This document shows positions 41,772-51,798 of a stretch of 64,000 nt of DNA, in pieces; position 1 is the first letter of the stretch, and the number at the start of each line of letters is the position of its first letter. The translations under genes were made by a program, and so were the position numbers. The notes under the pieces were generated by a model. The model worked only from the letters and a program-made list of their open reading frames with translations. It did not search any database and was not told the DNA's origin. The stretch covers positions 9,267 to 73,266 of the IMG/VR virus record IMGVR_UViG_3300000101_000006. The stretch is one strand, 5' to 3'. Source of the stretch: a virus.

Positions 41772-42784
41772 TGAAAAACATAAACTACAAAAACAAGGCT
41801 GCATATAATGCGATCTCTCACGAAAACCGATGCAATATAGAAGAAGAAGTTGAGGAAATACTTGAGCACCAATTGGAAGATTGCGTCGGAATTTTCTTGA
41901 CAGACAACAAAGAATCTCTACCAGTGTTCGCACCTGTTGGGTCTTGCGAGAGAGTCATTTCTAGGAAGAAAAGCTTGAGAGGAGATCACACCGGAGCTAG
42001 AATTGTTCTCACAAGAGACAATCATGGCCACAGAGCTACAGGTCTTGGTGGTGCTGGTGCGACAAAGTGTGAAGCAATTGATATTGTCGCAGGATCTTTA
42101 TCGTGCGCAAAGGATATCAAAACAGGCAAAACTCAGTCACGAGCTAACTTTGCTGAAGACGGAGCAAGACTTTATCTCACAGAACGTGGAGATGTGAATG
42201 CATACTTCGCAACTGCGAAATCTGATACTGCTGGCGTTTACGCTTCTTCAAAGTTTAAATCTGGTCTAGGTTTAAAATCCGACCACACACTGATTATTGG
42301 CCGAGAGAGAGTTAGGATACTTGCTGGAGTATCAAAATACGATAATGGCGAGCGACTTGTGACAGGTAACGAACCAGCTAAACCAGTTATTGAAATTGGA
42401 TCAACTTCTTCAGAAAAGCATCATCCAGCAGTTCTTGGAACCAATTTAGTAAAATACTTGAAGAAAGTCAATGAACAAATGAACAAAATGAATGCGAAGA
42501 TAACAAATCTTGAAATTGCTCTCTTGCAATACAAGTTGGCTATGGCCAGTCATCAACATCTTGGTGCAGGCGTTGGAGCCATTGTAACTTTTCCAGATGT
42601 TATACAGGCAGTTCCTGAGTTCCTAGAGGAAGTTCCCAAAACAATAAACAGCATTACAACGACAGTAACGGATCAATACAACAAGATCGTTAGTGACTAT
42701 TCTTATTTTGGAATGCCTGAAATTGGTTTAGAGGGTTCGATTGATGAAAAAATACTCAGCTCAACAGTTTACTTAGGAGAATGA
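41771..42784 (+). CDS. Baseplate spike/puncturing protein
   Basis: Beta-rich repeats; C-terminal HQH metal-tip motif; tail gene context. Confidence 0.65.
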   Translation: MKNINYKNKAAYNAISHENRCNIEEEVEEILEHQLEDCVGIFLTDNKESLPVFAPVGSCERVISRKKSLRGDHTGARIVLTRDNHGHRATGLGGAGATKCEAIDIVAGSLSCAKDIKTGKTQSRANFAEDGARLYLTERGDVNAYFATAKSDTAGVYASSKFKSGLGLKSDHTLIIGRERVRILAGVSKYDNGERLVTGNEPAKPVIEIGSTSSEKHHPAVLGTNLVKYLKKVNEQMNKMNAKITNLEIALLQYKLAMASHQHLGAGVGAIVTFPDVIQAVPEFLEEVPKTINSITTTVTDQYNKIVSDYSYFGMPEIGLEGSIDEKILSSTVYLGE

Positions 42785-42785
42785 C

Positions 42786-45700
42786 ATGTCCGAGACTAAT
42801 TTTAAAAATCTACAGAAAGAAGTGTGTGCTCCAGAGCTCGAACCACCACCGTTAAAGAAATTTTGCGCTCCTTGCGTCCCCAATCAAAACTATATTGAAC
42901 CAGATTGGGAATTTGTAGAGATTGGCGAACCTTATTTAAACGAAAAACAGTGTGAGTACCAAGCTACCCTTACAGTAAATAAGTTCGGCGATTCATTTAC
43001 TGCGAGAGAATTTAGAGACCTCCAAGGAAGACAGGAAGGCTTCGCCTCTAGAGATCTTTTACTTAGAAGCTTTATCCATCCAGCCATAGTTCTCATCTTA
43101 GAGGAGTACGGCAAGCTTGTTGCAGATCAAATCATCTGTGCGACCTTTCCGGGTCTCGAAGAGATTGGAACACCTCAAGAGATCGTCTCTCAATTTGACT
43201 CCTTCGAAGGGGCCTTCATTAAATTGTCGGAACAACAAATCGACAGGAATCGTGTAAGATGCAAGGACTTACCGATAGCCACGGTTACAAAGACCGACCC
43301 TTCAGAACCTTTTGACTTTCAGCAGGCAATCGCAAATAATGGTTCGATATCACAGGTTCAAAATCCTTTTGCTTTGGAGCTTTACGCACAGGTAAATGAC
43401 TTCTATATCGACCCAATAGAGAACGTACTAAAGGTGCATATCGGAATCCCCGCATTTATAGTAGATCAAGTCCCAACACTGCCTTCGAAAGAAGAGTTGG
43501 AAGAAGAAGCGATGACCACTCAAAAATCCGCTGCTCTTGATGTTAAAAGTCTATTTGGGCAAATAAAGAGACTTAGCGTCTCTCTTCAGACTTTTGGTAA
43601 GTACCAATCTAACTTCTATCAAACCCAAGACGGATTCTTAAAGTTTAAAGAAAATGGAAAAGACTATTATGCCACCAGAATGTCCTCAAAAGTAGATCAA
43701 TTTTACTCAGACCTAAAGCAACTAGCTACCAAGAATGATATGAATATCAGATCTAATACCCCCAGCCTCAACAAGTTGAATGCAGACAATGTTCGTATAG
43801 ATTTTAAAACAGGTCCAAACGGCAACCCATATACAATCAAAGCAATATATGCATGGAAAGAAGGTTGTGATGAACAAAAGCTCCGAAAGGGGATTAAGAA
43901 ATTTAAAAAGAAATACGATAAGCGCCCAACATTGTTGAACTATATTGCGAAGATAGGCGACATAGATATGACTCTCCAAGCACGAGAGACTCTACCTTGG
44001 CTTGATTTTCTTGTGAAATATACATATCCGCTAATTACCGTAGACTATGGAAATCTAAACATGCAATCCGTTGGAGATTCACTCGGAAAGTGCGTAGAGG
44101 AAAATGTTAGAGAGTTCGGTGGAGAACTGCGAGACTACGTTCTCAACGAAGCACTGTCTTTCATGGAAAGCTTATCATTCCAATATTCCTCAGCTGCATC
44201 ATGCGAAGACCTGTACTCAGCAGAAAATCAACCAGAAAAGAAAGAGTTTGAGAAGGTTGACTATGGATATGGAGAACAAAGAGCCGCCAAAAAAGCATTG
44301 AAAGAACAGCAAGATGCACGCCCAGATGATAAGCAGGAAATCATCGACACCATAATTGTTTTGGATCGAAGGATAACTCTAATCAGAACTCAACAAGAAA
44401 ACATGCAGATTCTCATAGGCGAAACACAAGGGCAGCTGGCGATACTCGACAATGCTGCTTTACGAGCAAAAATAGTCGAGTACGATAAAGCACTCAACAC
44501 CTTGAGGGAAACAGAGCTTAGTACAAAACTAGAAAGAGCCCGACTTAACTCAAAACTTAGAACTCTAAATAAGGATGATGGCGAAAAGCTGCAACGCAAA
44601 AAGGAGAGAACTCAAAGAAAAAATGTGGGCAAAAAAGCACGACGCAATGCGAAATCTCACCCATACACGAAGAAAGCGCACAAAATCGCTAGAGAAGAGA
44701 TGAAGAAGAGTGATACCTTGCTCTCATCTTTGATCGACTGGGAGGAGTATGAGAAGACCGGCAAGCCATCGTTTAAAAAAATGGAGCAAAAAATAGGGTC
44801 GTTGGACGACATGAAGGATCTCTTAGCTAGATTATCGATTTGCAATTTAAACGCCATCACAATAAATGCTATTCGCTGCTTATTCTCCGGAGTAACAAAA
44901 GAACGAGCCTTTGACAAGATGTTTCGAGCAGCAATGCAAGCTATGGATTTGGATGTGTTCGGATTCTTTATCGGTGGCCTCCCTCCAGACAAGCAGGCAG
45001 AGCTCCGTAAAAAGATGGAAGCAGAATTCGGAAACATTCCTTTACCATGGGAAGACGATTATGATAGTGGAGCAGCAAATCAGAATGCTTACAAGAGCTA
45101 TTTGTCTGCAGATGCAACAGGAGCTAAAGATAAGAGCAAAGAGAAGAATGCCCTACGTCAACAGATAAGGACGCTAAAAGGCAACATTAGAGATTTGGAA
45201 AAGAGCATCGGCTCCGAAGCTGTAAATGCCGAAGAGGAACTTAAGGCTGTAAATCTTACAATAAAAGAGTTTGAAGATTTCTTTGCGCTGTCTAATGAAC
45301 AAAGGCTTGCTAGCGATAATGACCCAACCACCAGCAGTTCTGGGCAACAACAATTTGATTTGTATACAGCAGCGAAAGAGCGGAAAAAGTATCTAACAGG
45401 CTTAGTTGATAACCCTCAGTCAAAACTCTTGGCAGAGTTAGCTAACAAGTTAGAAACTCTTGAATCTCAAGCAGCAGCTATTCAGCCGGTTGAAATAAGG
45501 CAGACCGGCCTCGGAGAAGAATTCGACGCAATGACTGACGAAGAGAAGAGTGAATTATTGGAAGAGCAAAAGAAGGCGCAAGGGACTTTTGGTAAGCCAC
45601 TAGGAAATATCCAAGAAGCAGTCGTTGAGGCCTATATGGATTATATTTTTGACGTAATGAATGTTGATGAAATTGGAGATTATCTATCGCAAGTTCCCGG

Positions 45701-48700
45701 TGGAACTTTAGTGTTTAACACCTTAGATCAGATATTTAAGTGCTCAACCCAAGGGCAATTTAATCCTCCAATAAAAAGCTTTCTAAGCTCTTTGTCTTTG
45801 GATGTATGTGGCCCTACTCGTCACGTTGGCCTTGCGTGGCCAGAGAAAATTAAAGAAATTAAGGAGCCACTGTCTTTCAATAGGGCATTTTTTCTCACAA
45901 AACTTAGAAATGCATTTATTACCAAGGTCGAGACCGTAATTACAAAAGTCATCACGATGTTGATCTTAAAACTATTCGAGACTTTAGACAATGCTCTGTG
46001 CAAGTCACTAAATGCGATTAGCCAAGCAGCCATTGGAACATTAACTGGTGGGTCTTCATCGGGATTAGATGAGGCATTTGCTGACGCTTTCTGTGCTGAT
46101 GCCAATGCTGACGAATTGAAAAATGTTCAAAGGAACGCTTTTGGAAATGCCCTTGGTGAAGGTGCAGCTCCCGATTCTGCTTATGATTGCCTATTCAAAG
46201 CTATTAATGGCACAATGTCCAAGAGAGAAATAATCGATCTATTAACAAATACTCCAAGCAATATGGATGATCAGATAGCTTCTAAGTTCTCACTATTGGT
46301 GAACTCAAAGTGTCCAGAGCTGTCTGACTTGCTTGGTGATGTAGAAGCTGTCAAAGATGCTTTTGGTTCAATGGGAAAATACATACCACCAGACTTAAAA
46401 GATTTTCTTAAAAAGCAGTCCGAAGAAGACTTGGACGCTCCGATATATGATGCGATCTGTCTCACACAGCCTGAGTTGGACCTTTGGAATGCTAATAGGA
46501 AAAATCTTTATTTAGACAATGGACTTGATGAAGCTACGGCTGACGACATGATAAATAAGGCTAATGATCGCGCACTTGATAACCTTGGCTCTTTAGCCGA
46601 TATCCTTCAAAAAGGTCCTGACGGGCTACTGGGGGAAGCACTAGACGCCATTCTGAAACAAGCGGACCCTGCATGTGCGAATGATCCTTCTGCTATCATT
46701 ATGGAAGATGAATCACTGGCGAAAGACAAACAGGACTTGCTCAACGGCTATTTTAAAAGAATTGAATCCTCGTTTCTTCAGGATTTAATTGGAGAAAGAC
46801 GATCTTTGATTGGAAATATTTTGATCGACACTCGAGGCAATCATCTGCAACAACACAACAGGCAAGTAAAAATTGGTGATCGTACCTTTTTGTACGCCAA
46901 TTATGTTGATACAGAAGAGCAGTGGGACAAGAGAAAGGATGATGCTGGCTTCATTAAGAATAAGATCATGGATAAGGGTGACGAACGAGGAATGTTGCCT
47001 GAAACTGTTGGATTGCAAACGATGAACCAAATAAGAGAGTTGTCTCTCGACTATAAGACCAACAAGCATGAACCACAATTGAGGATGCGATTCCAGGACT
47101 CGGAAAATCCAAACTATGAATCATTATTATCATACGAACTCTCGCACGATGAAAAATCAACACAAAGAATACGCATCAAAGAAACCAATATTGTAAAACT
47201 ATTGGGCATCAAACTGTCTGAGGACACAGAAACTGTTTTAAATACCACCAAGGAGAATCATTTCAACAAGAAAGAGATTGGTCTGGTAAACTATGAAGTC
47301 GCCCCTAACGAAATTAAGTTATTCTCTGACCTCTTGAAACAGAAGTCTGGCTCTAGTAAGCCACCTATCACATCTAAGATAATCGAATTGTTTGATAGGC
47401 TGAACACCAAGGCCTTGAGGACTATACGAAACACAATTGTTGAAACCCCAAATGGCAACACCCCTGTCGGATTTAATTTTGGATACGATCAACAACAAGC
47501 GATAGGGTTTGAAGACATGATTTATGTTGACCCAACAGCAGACCCTAATGATCAAAGTACGTGGAAATATACTCATGATGAGGAAGACTCAGTACTTGGC
47601 AAATCAGCAACAGAAAATCCAAGAGTATATTTCTTGGATCCAATAGTCCATGGCGGCAGATTCAAAGCTCCAAAGATATATATCGAACCCGCGACCTATA
47701 ATGGTTGGCTTGGAACGATCAAAACATTTGTTCCACAACTTGAAGCATGTGAAGACAAAGATAATGGATTCCTAAATATGACTGAGATCGCCGAGAGGGC
47801 AAAGCAAGTTGAGTCAAACCTCCCACTGGATGAGAGACTAAGTCAACCTTTGGAGTGTCGTCTTGAAGTTCCATACGACAGACAAGTTATGCCTGCGAAC
47901 CATGGGCTCATTGAAGGAATTATGATTTCAACAATACGAACTTATGCTACAGAGTTTATGGTTAGAACCTTCCCTGTGTTTGGTTCGATTCGATTCTCAG
48001 ATTTAAATGTGGATTCTTTGATTACAAAATCTATAGCAGACGTAATGCAGAGAGAGATGTCGGAGGCTGGCTATCTTTCAAGCATCTCGCGATTAGCATA
48101 TTACTTATTGTTTTTAGAACAAGCTGTTCAAGTCGTCCAACGACAGATCATTGATGGTCTGATGGAAGAAACGGAAGAAATAAGAGAAGCTTCAAAGGTA
48201 ATAAATAAAGCTCAAAATAATTATGAGAGACTGAAAGTGTCTGAATTGTTGTTCGGAGAAATACCTAGCACAATCGGCACTCAGTTGTTAAATGGGTCAC
48301 GAATACTTGCCTATGGAAACAAGTGGCCATCCAACACAACAGATTATCCATTAAACTTTAAAACTTTAAATGGGTACAAAATCAATCTCGCACGAAAGGT
48401 TGCAGTCATATATGATACACAGGACGCCGCAAAGGTGTTTCTAGCCGCTTTGATTGAGAAGGAGACTGTTATCCTATCCAAGAAGTTAAACCTCAACCTA
48501 AGACCACGACCGCACGTCTTCGACATCAAAAAGTTCATGTTGTCAACTGAAGGCATGTTAGACCAATCAGCCATCAAATCCGGATTTACCACTGTAGAGC
48601 AAGAGGTTATCGAAGGCGGTAGCAAGCCTGATTATGGCGACATCCTAAGTTGTGCATCTGAAGATCTCGAAAGTCCTTTAGGGACAATAACTAAGACTCT

Positions 48701-49565
48701 AGAAGATATCGAAAAAACAGGCGTAATGTATCTAGAGAAATATATAAGAGTTATTAACAAGGATGCTACCCAACAAGTAATGAAAGTATCAGAGTTTCAG
48801 TCGATGATGTCGGATAGGACAATTTATGACGAAAACTTAAAACTATCAGATTACTTTGGTAACGCTTTCGTCATTTTAGGAGACAAGCTAGGAGGGTCCA
48901 TTGGAGTAAAATTCGGAGTCAGACTCATGATGTGCCTACCTGAAACAATTGGTCTAGAACCAGATTTAGATTCAAACATCGAACGTCTCCCTCAATCTAT
49001 AATATCTGGAGAAGACACTGTTGCTCTCCATCACATACCTGTCTCCTCATATGAGCTTGACGTGATGGATGTTGAAATCAAGGAACTCGATTTGGAAGAT
49101 CCAAATATGGGAGAAGATATTAAGTGTTACGTTGATAGGTTGTCCGAGGAAGATAGTTTCACTACCTTGTTTGAGAAGATATTTAAGATAAAAAGCTTCA
49201 CCTCTTTGTTTGGAGTGTACTCTTACCAAAACTTTATTGAGTCCATTGGAAAATTAGAAGTTGAAGAGGATCGACAAATGTTTATTGAGAACGGCTGGAA
49301 AAAGAGAATATTTAATGATACAAAGCGATTATTGCGAAAGCAATTTCGTTCTGTATATAATTCTCAAGACGATACCAATGATGGTCGATCATCAAGAAAT
49401 AGACAATCGAACATAAACTTCTTAAAGAATTTGATACCGGACCTCTACTTAAATATAAGTGGAGTAGGTTTCTTGCAGAGACTTAGGATTGTTGATGCAA
49501 AACCATTTGATGAAGATGGCAAGCCTTGTGTGAATGAATTCCAAAAACTATTTGAGGATGATTAA
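42786..49565 (+). CDS. 2259-aa virion/baseplate-associated protein
   Basis: Very long ORF between the spike and the gp25-like gene; coiled-coil inserts. Confidence 0.75.
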   Translation: MSETNFKNLQKEVCAPELEPPPLKKFCAPCVPNQNYIEPDWEFVEIGEPYLNEKQCEYQATLTVNKFGDSFTAREFRDLQGRQEGFASRDLLLRSFIHPAIVLILEEYGKLVADQIICATFPGLEEIGTPQEIVSQFDSFEGAFIKLSEQQIDRNRVRCKDLPIATVTKTDPSEPFDFQQAIANNGSISQVQNPFALELYAQVNDFYIDPIENVLKVHIGIPAFIVDQVPTLPSKEELEEEAMTTQKSAALDVKSLFGQIKRLSVSLQTFGKYQSNFYQTQDGFLKFKENGKDYYATRMSSKVDQFYSDLKQLATKNDMNIRSNTPSLNKLNADNVRIDFKTGPNGNPYTIKAIYAWKEGCDEQKLRKGIKKFKKKYDKRPTLLNYIAKIGDIDMTLQARETLPWLDFLVKYTYPLITVDYGNLNMQSVGDSLGKCVEENVREFGGELRDYVLNEALSFMESLSFQYSSAASCEDLYSAENQPEKKEFEKVDYGYGEQRAAKKALKEQQDARPDDKQEIIDTIIVLDRRITLIRTQQENMQILIGETQGQLAILDNAALRAKIVEYDKALNTLRETELSTKLERARLNSKLRTLNKDDGEKLQRKKERTQRKNVGKKARRNAKSHPYTKKAHKIAREEMKKSDTLLSSLIDWEEYEKTGKPSFKKMEQKIGSLDDMKDLLARLSICNLNAITINAIRCLFSGVTKERAFDKMFRAAMQAMDLDVFGFFIGGLPPDKQAELRKKMEAEFGNIPLPWEDDYDSGAANQNAYKSYLSADATGAKDKSKEKNALRQQIRTLKGNIRDLEKSIGSEAVNAEEELKAVNLTIKEFEDFFALSNEQRLASDNDPTTSSSGQQQFDLYTAAKERKKYLTGLVDNPQSKLLAELANKLETLESQAAAIQPVEIRQTGLGEEFDAMTDEEKSELLEEQKKAQGTFGKPLGNIQEAVVEAYMDYIFDVMNVDEIGDYLSQVPGGTLVFNTLDQIFKCSTQGQFNPPIKSFLSSLSLDVCGPTRHVGLAWPEKIKEIKEPLSFNRAFFLTKLRNAFITKVETVITKVITMLILKLFETLDNALCKSLNAISQAAIGTLTGGSSSGLDEAFADAFCADANADELKNVQRNAFGNALGEGAAPDSAYDCLFKAINGTMSKREIIDLLTNTPSNMDDQIASKFSLLVNSKCPELSDLLGDVEAVKDAFGSMGKYIPPDLKDFLKKQSEEDLDAPIYDAICLTQPELDLWNANRKNLYLDNGLDEATADDMINKANDRALDNLGSLADILQKGPDGLLGEALDAILKQADPACANDPSAIIMEDESLAKDKQDLLNGYFKRIESSFLQDLIGERRSLIGNILIDTRGNHLQQHNRQVKIGDRTFLYANYVDTEEQWDKRKDDAGFIKNKIMDKGDERGMLPETVGLQTMNQIRELSLDYKTNKHEPQLRMRFQDSENPNYESLLSYELSHDEKSTQRIRIKETNIVKLLGIKLSEDTETVLNTTKENHFNKKEIGLVNYEVAPNEIKLFSDLLKQKSGSSKPPITSKIIELFDRLNTKALRTIRNTIVETPNGNTPVGFNFGYDQQQAIGFEDMIYVDPTADPNDQSTWKYTHDEEDSVLGKSATENPRVYFLDPIVHGGRFKAPKIYIEPATYNGWLGTIKTFVPQLEACEDKDNGFLNMTEIAERAKQVESNLPLDERLSQPLECRLEVPYDRQVMPANHGLIEGIMISTIRTYATEFMVRTFPVFGSIRFSDLNVDSLITKSIADVMQREMSEAGYLSSISRLAYYLLFLEQAVQVVQRQIIDGLMEETEEIREASKVINKAQNNYERLKVSELLFGEIPSTIGTQLLNGSRILAYGNKWPSNTTDYPLNFKTLNGYKINLARKVAVIYDTQDAAKVFLAALIEKETVILSKKLNLNLRPRPHVFDIKKFMLSTEGMLDQSAIKSGFTTVEQEVIEGGSKPDYGDILSCASEDLESPLGTITKTLEDIEKTGVMYLEKYIRVINKDATQQVMKVSEFQSMMSDRTIYDENLKLSDYFGNAFVILGDKLGGSIGVKFGVRLMMCLPETIGLEPDLDSNIERLPQSIISGEDTVALHHIPVSSYELDVMDVEIKELDLEDPNMGEDIKCYVDRLSEEDSFTTLFEKIFKIKSFTSLFGVYSYQNFIESIGKLEVEEDRQMFIENGWKKRIFNDTKRLLRKQFRSVYNSQDDTNDGRSSRNRQSNINFLKNLIPDLYLNISGVGFLQRLRIVDAKPFDEDGKPCVNEFQKLFEDD

Positions 49566-49943
49566 ATGTCTTTATCGATAATATTTCCAATCAACATGAA
49601 CAGCGATAGTAATGCTGGTATCGATTCGTATCCAAATACAGACACAACAGGCGCCATCAAACAGAATATGAGAATGTTGTTGTTGACGCGAAAAGGTGAA
49701 TATGTTTGGGATCCAAACTTCGGAGTTGGCTTGCATGCATATTTGTTTGAAAACGACTCAACAATATCAACAGGTTTTCTAGAAGGGGAAATAAGAAACC
49801 AGTCTGCGACTTACATGCCATACGTACAAATTGACGGAATAAACATAGAGATTGATTCAAACATTCAACTATTAAAGGTTCAAATAAGATTTAGATACAA
49901 TGGACTGAGCATTCCAGAGCTTTTTGAGGTCGAGGTGTCTTAA
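49566..49943 (+). CDS. gp25-like baseplate wedge protein
   Basis: IKQNMRMLLLTRKGE...PNFG.GL..YLFE; I.......MPYV.I..I. Confidence 0.9.
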   Translation: MSLSIIFPINMNSDSNAGIDSYPNTDTTGAIKQNMRMLLLTRKGEYVWDPNFGVGLHAYLFENDSTISTGFLEGEIRNQSATYMPYVQIDGINIEIDSNIQLLKVQIRFRYNGLSIPELFEVEVS

Positions 49944-49995
49944 ACAACAATCGCTTTTCCTTGAATAACTATTTAGTTCATGATGAGGGTCCCAT

Positions 49996-51798
49996 ATGTC
50001 TAAACAAAAGAAAACACCAATAAAATATACCAGTAGAGATTTCGATACAATTCGGCAAGATTTAATAGAACACGCTAAACGATTCTATCCAGACGAATGG
50101 AAAGATTTTTCCAAATCAACAATCAACTCTTTAATGATTGATTCTGTTGCCTATGTTGGAGACGTACTTTCTTTCTATTTGGATTATCAAGCAAACGAAT
50201 CATTTCTTGACACAGCTATCGAATTTAACAATGTCCGAAAACACGCAAGAACCTTGGGATTTAAATATGCAGGCTCTCCAAGCACTTACGGTCTTATTTC
50301 TATCTTTTGCATGATACCTGCTAACAATGACGGTACAGCACCTGACTTAACTTATATGCCCATTCTTCAACAAGGTGCGACTTTTTCAAGTACAAATGGT
50401 GGAAACTTCATACTAACCGAAGATGTCGATCTCGGAGACTTGAATAACGACATCGTAGCAGCAAGATTCGATAATACCACAGGCGCAACAACATTTTTTG
50501 CCGTCAAGGCATTCGGCCAAATATCTTCTGGCCTATTTTCTAGAGCAACGGTTGACTTAACAAACTCTTCATTTGAAAGATTTAAAAGAGTCCGCATCGG
50601 CGGCGACGATGTTGTCGAGGTCACATCAGTTGTAGATTCAGATGGTAACAAATATTACGAAGTCGACAACCTATCTCAAGAAGTCGTATTCGAAGAGACC
50701 ACAAACAGAAACGCAACATCTGAAGGTGTAAGGAGCATCCTCAAACCATTCTCCGCAGCTCGAAGATTTGTAATGGAACAAGATGATACTGGAACATATC
50801 TCCAGTTTGGCTTCGGTTCTGAAGATTCTGACGAAGAAGATTTGATTGACCCATCGAAAGTCGCGATGCAAATGCACGGAAAGACCTATGTGTCTAATTT
50901 TAGATTTGACCCCTCAAAGTTAGTAGGTACCTCTAAACTTGGACTCTCTCCTTCTGGTACGAAGTTAACCATCCTAATGAAGACAAATGACTCTAATTCA
51001 GCCAACGCCTCCTCAAATACCGTCAACAAGGTGCAACTCGCAAGTTTTAAGTTTCCAAATGAATTGACTTTGAACCAAGCAAAAAAGAACTCCGTCATAA
51101 GTTCTCTCGAAATAACAAATGAAGAGCCAATCGTTGGAGCAACGGAGCAAATCACAACAGAAGAACTAAAGCAGAGAGCAAAGGGATACTACACCACTCA
51201 ATCAAGAGCAGTAACTCGACAAGACTATGAATCAATGATTTATAATATGCCTAACAAGTTTGGAATCATCAAGCGTGTAAGTGTAGTGAATGATCCTTCT
51301 TCAACCAATAGAAGAATGGCCACCTATGTTATCTCTGAAGATCAAAACGGAAACCTAGTAACAGCTGGGTCCTCTTTGAAGACTAATATGAAAAACTGGA
51401 TCTCTCAATACAAGGCAATGAATGATATAGTGGATATTTTCGACGCTAAAATTGTAAACTTTGGAATCGACTATAAAGTTGTCTTGGACACAAGATTTAA
51501 AGCAATAAATATTGTTGGTAAGTGCAACTCTGCCCTTAGGGAGTACTTCTCTAACCAATTGTATATTGGAGAGCCAATCTATATTACAAGACTATATTCT
51601 ATCCTTGGCAAGGTCGAGGGCGTTGCCGATGTTAAGACTGTTAGGGTAATGCAAAAGCGCGGAGCTGATTATTCATCAGTCAATATTAATTTTGACGATG
51701 CACTTTCTGCAGATGGAACATATATTATGACTCCAAAGAATGCTATTATGGAATTGAAATATCCTAACAGAGATATTAAGGGGACACTAATCCGATGA
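49996..51798 (+). CDS. Baseplate wedge subunit (T4 gp6/baseplate J-like)
   Basis: Y.SRDFD.I...L, AYVGDVLSFYLD.QANE.FL.TA, FG.G, Q.RAVT..DY. Confidence 0.9.
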   Translation: MSKQKKTPIKYTSRDFDTIRQDLIEHAKRFYPDEWKDFSKSTINSLMIDSVAYVGDVLSFYLDYQANESFLDTAIEFNNVRKHARTLGFKYAGSPSTYGLISIFCMIPANNDGTAPDLTYMPILQQGATFSSTNGGNFILTEDVDLGDLNNDIVAARFDNTTGATTFFAVKAFGQISSGLFSRATVDLTNSSFERFKRVRIGGDDVVEVTSVVDSDGNKYYEVDNLSQEVVFEETTNRNATSEGVRSILKPFSAARRFVMEQDDTGTYLQFGFGSEDSDEEDLIDPSKVAMQMHGKTYVSNFRFDPSKLVGTSKLGLSPSGTKLTILMKTNDSNSANASSNTVNKVQLASFKFPNELTLNQAKKNSVISSLEITNEEPIVGATEQITTEELKQRAKGYYTTQSRAVTRQDYESMIYNMPNKFGIIKRVSVVNDPSSTNRRMATYVISEDQNGNLVTAGSSLKTNMKNWISQYKAMNDIVDIFDAKIVNFGIDYKVVLDTRFKAINIVGKCNSALREYFSNQLYIGEPIYITRLYSILGKVEGVADVKTVRVMQKRGADYSSVNINFDDALSADGTYIMTPKNAIMELKYPNRDIKGTLIR

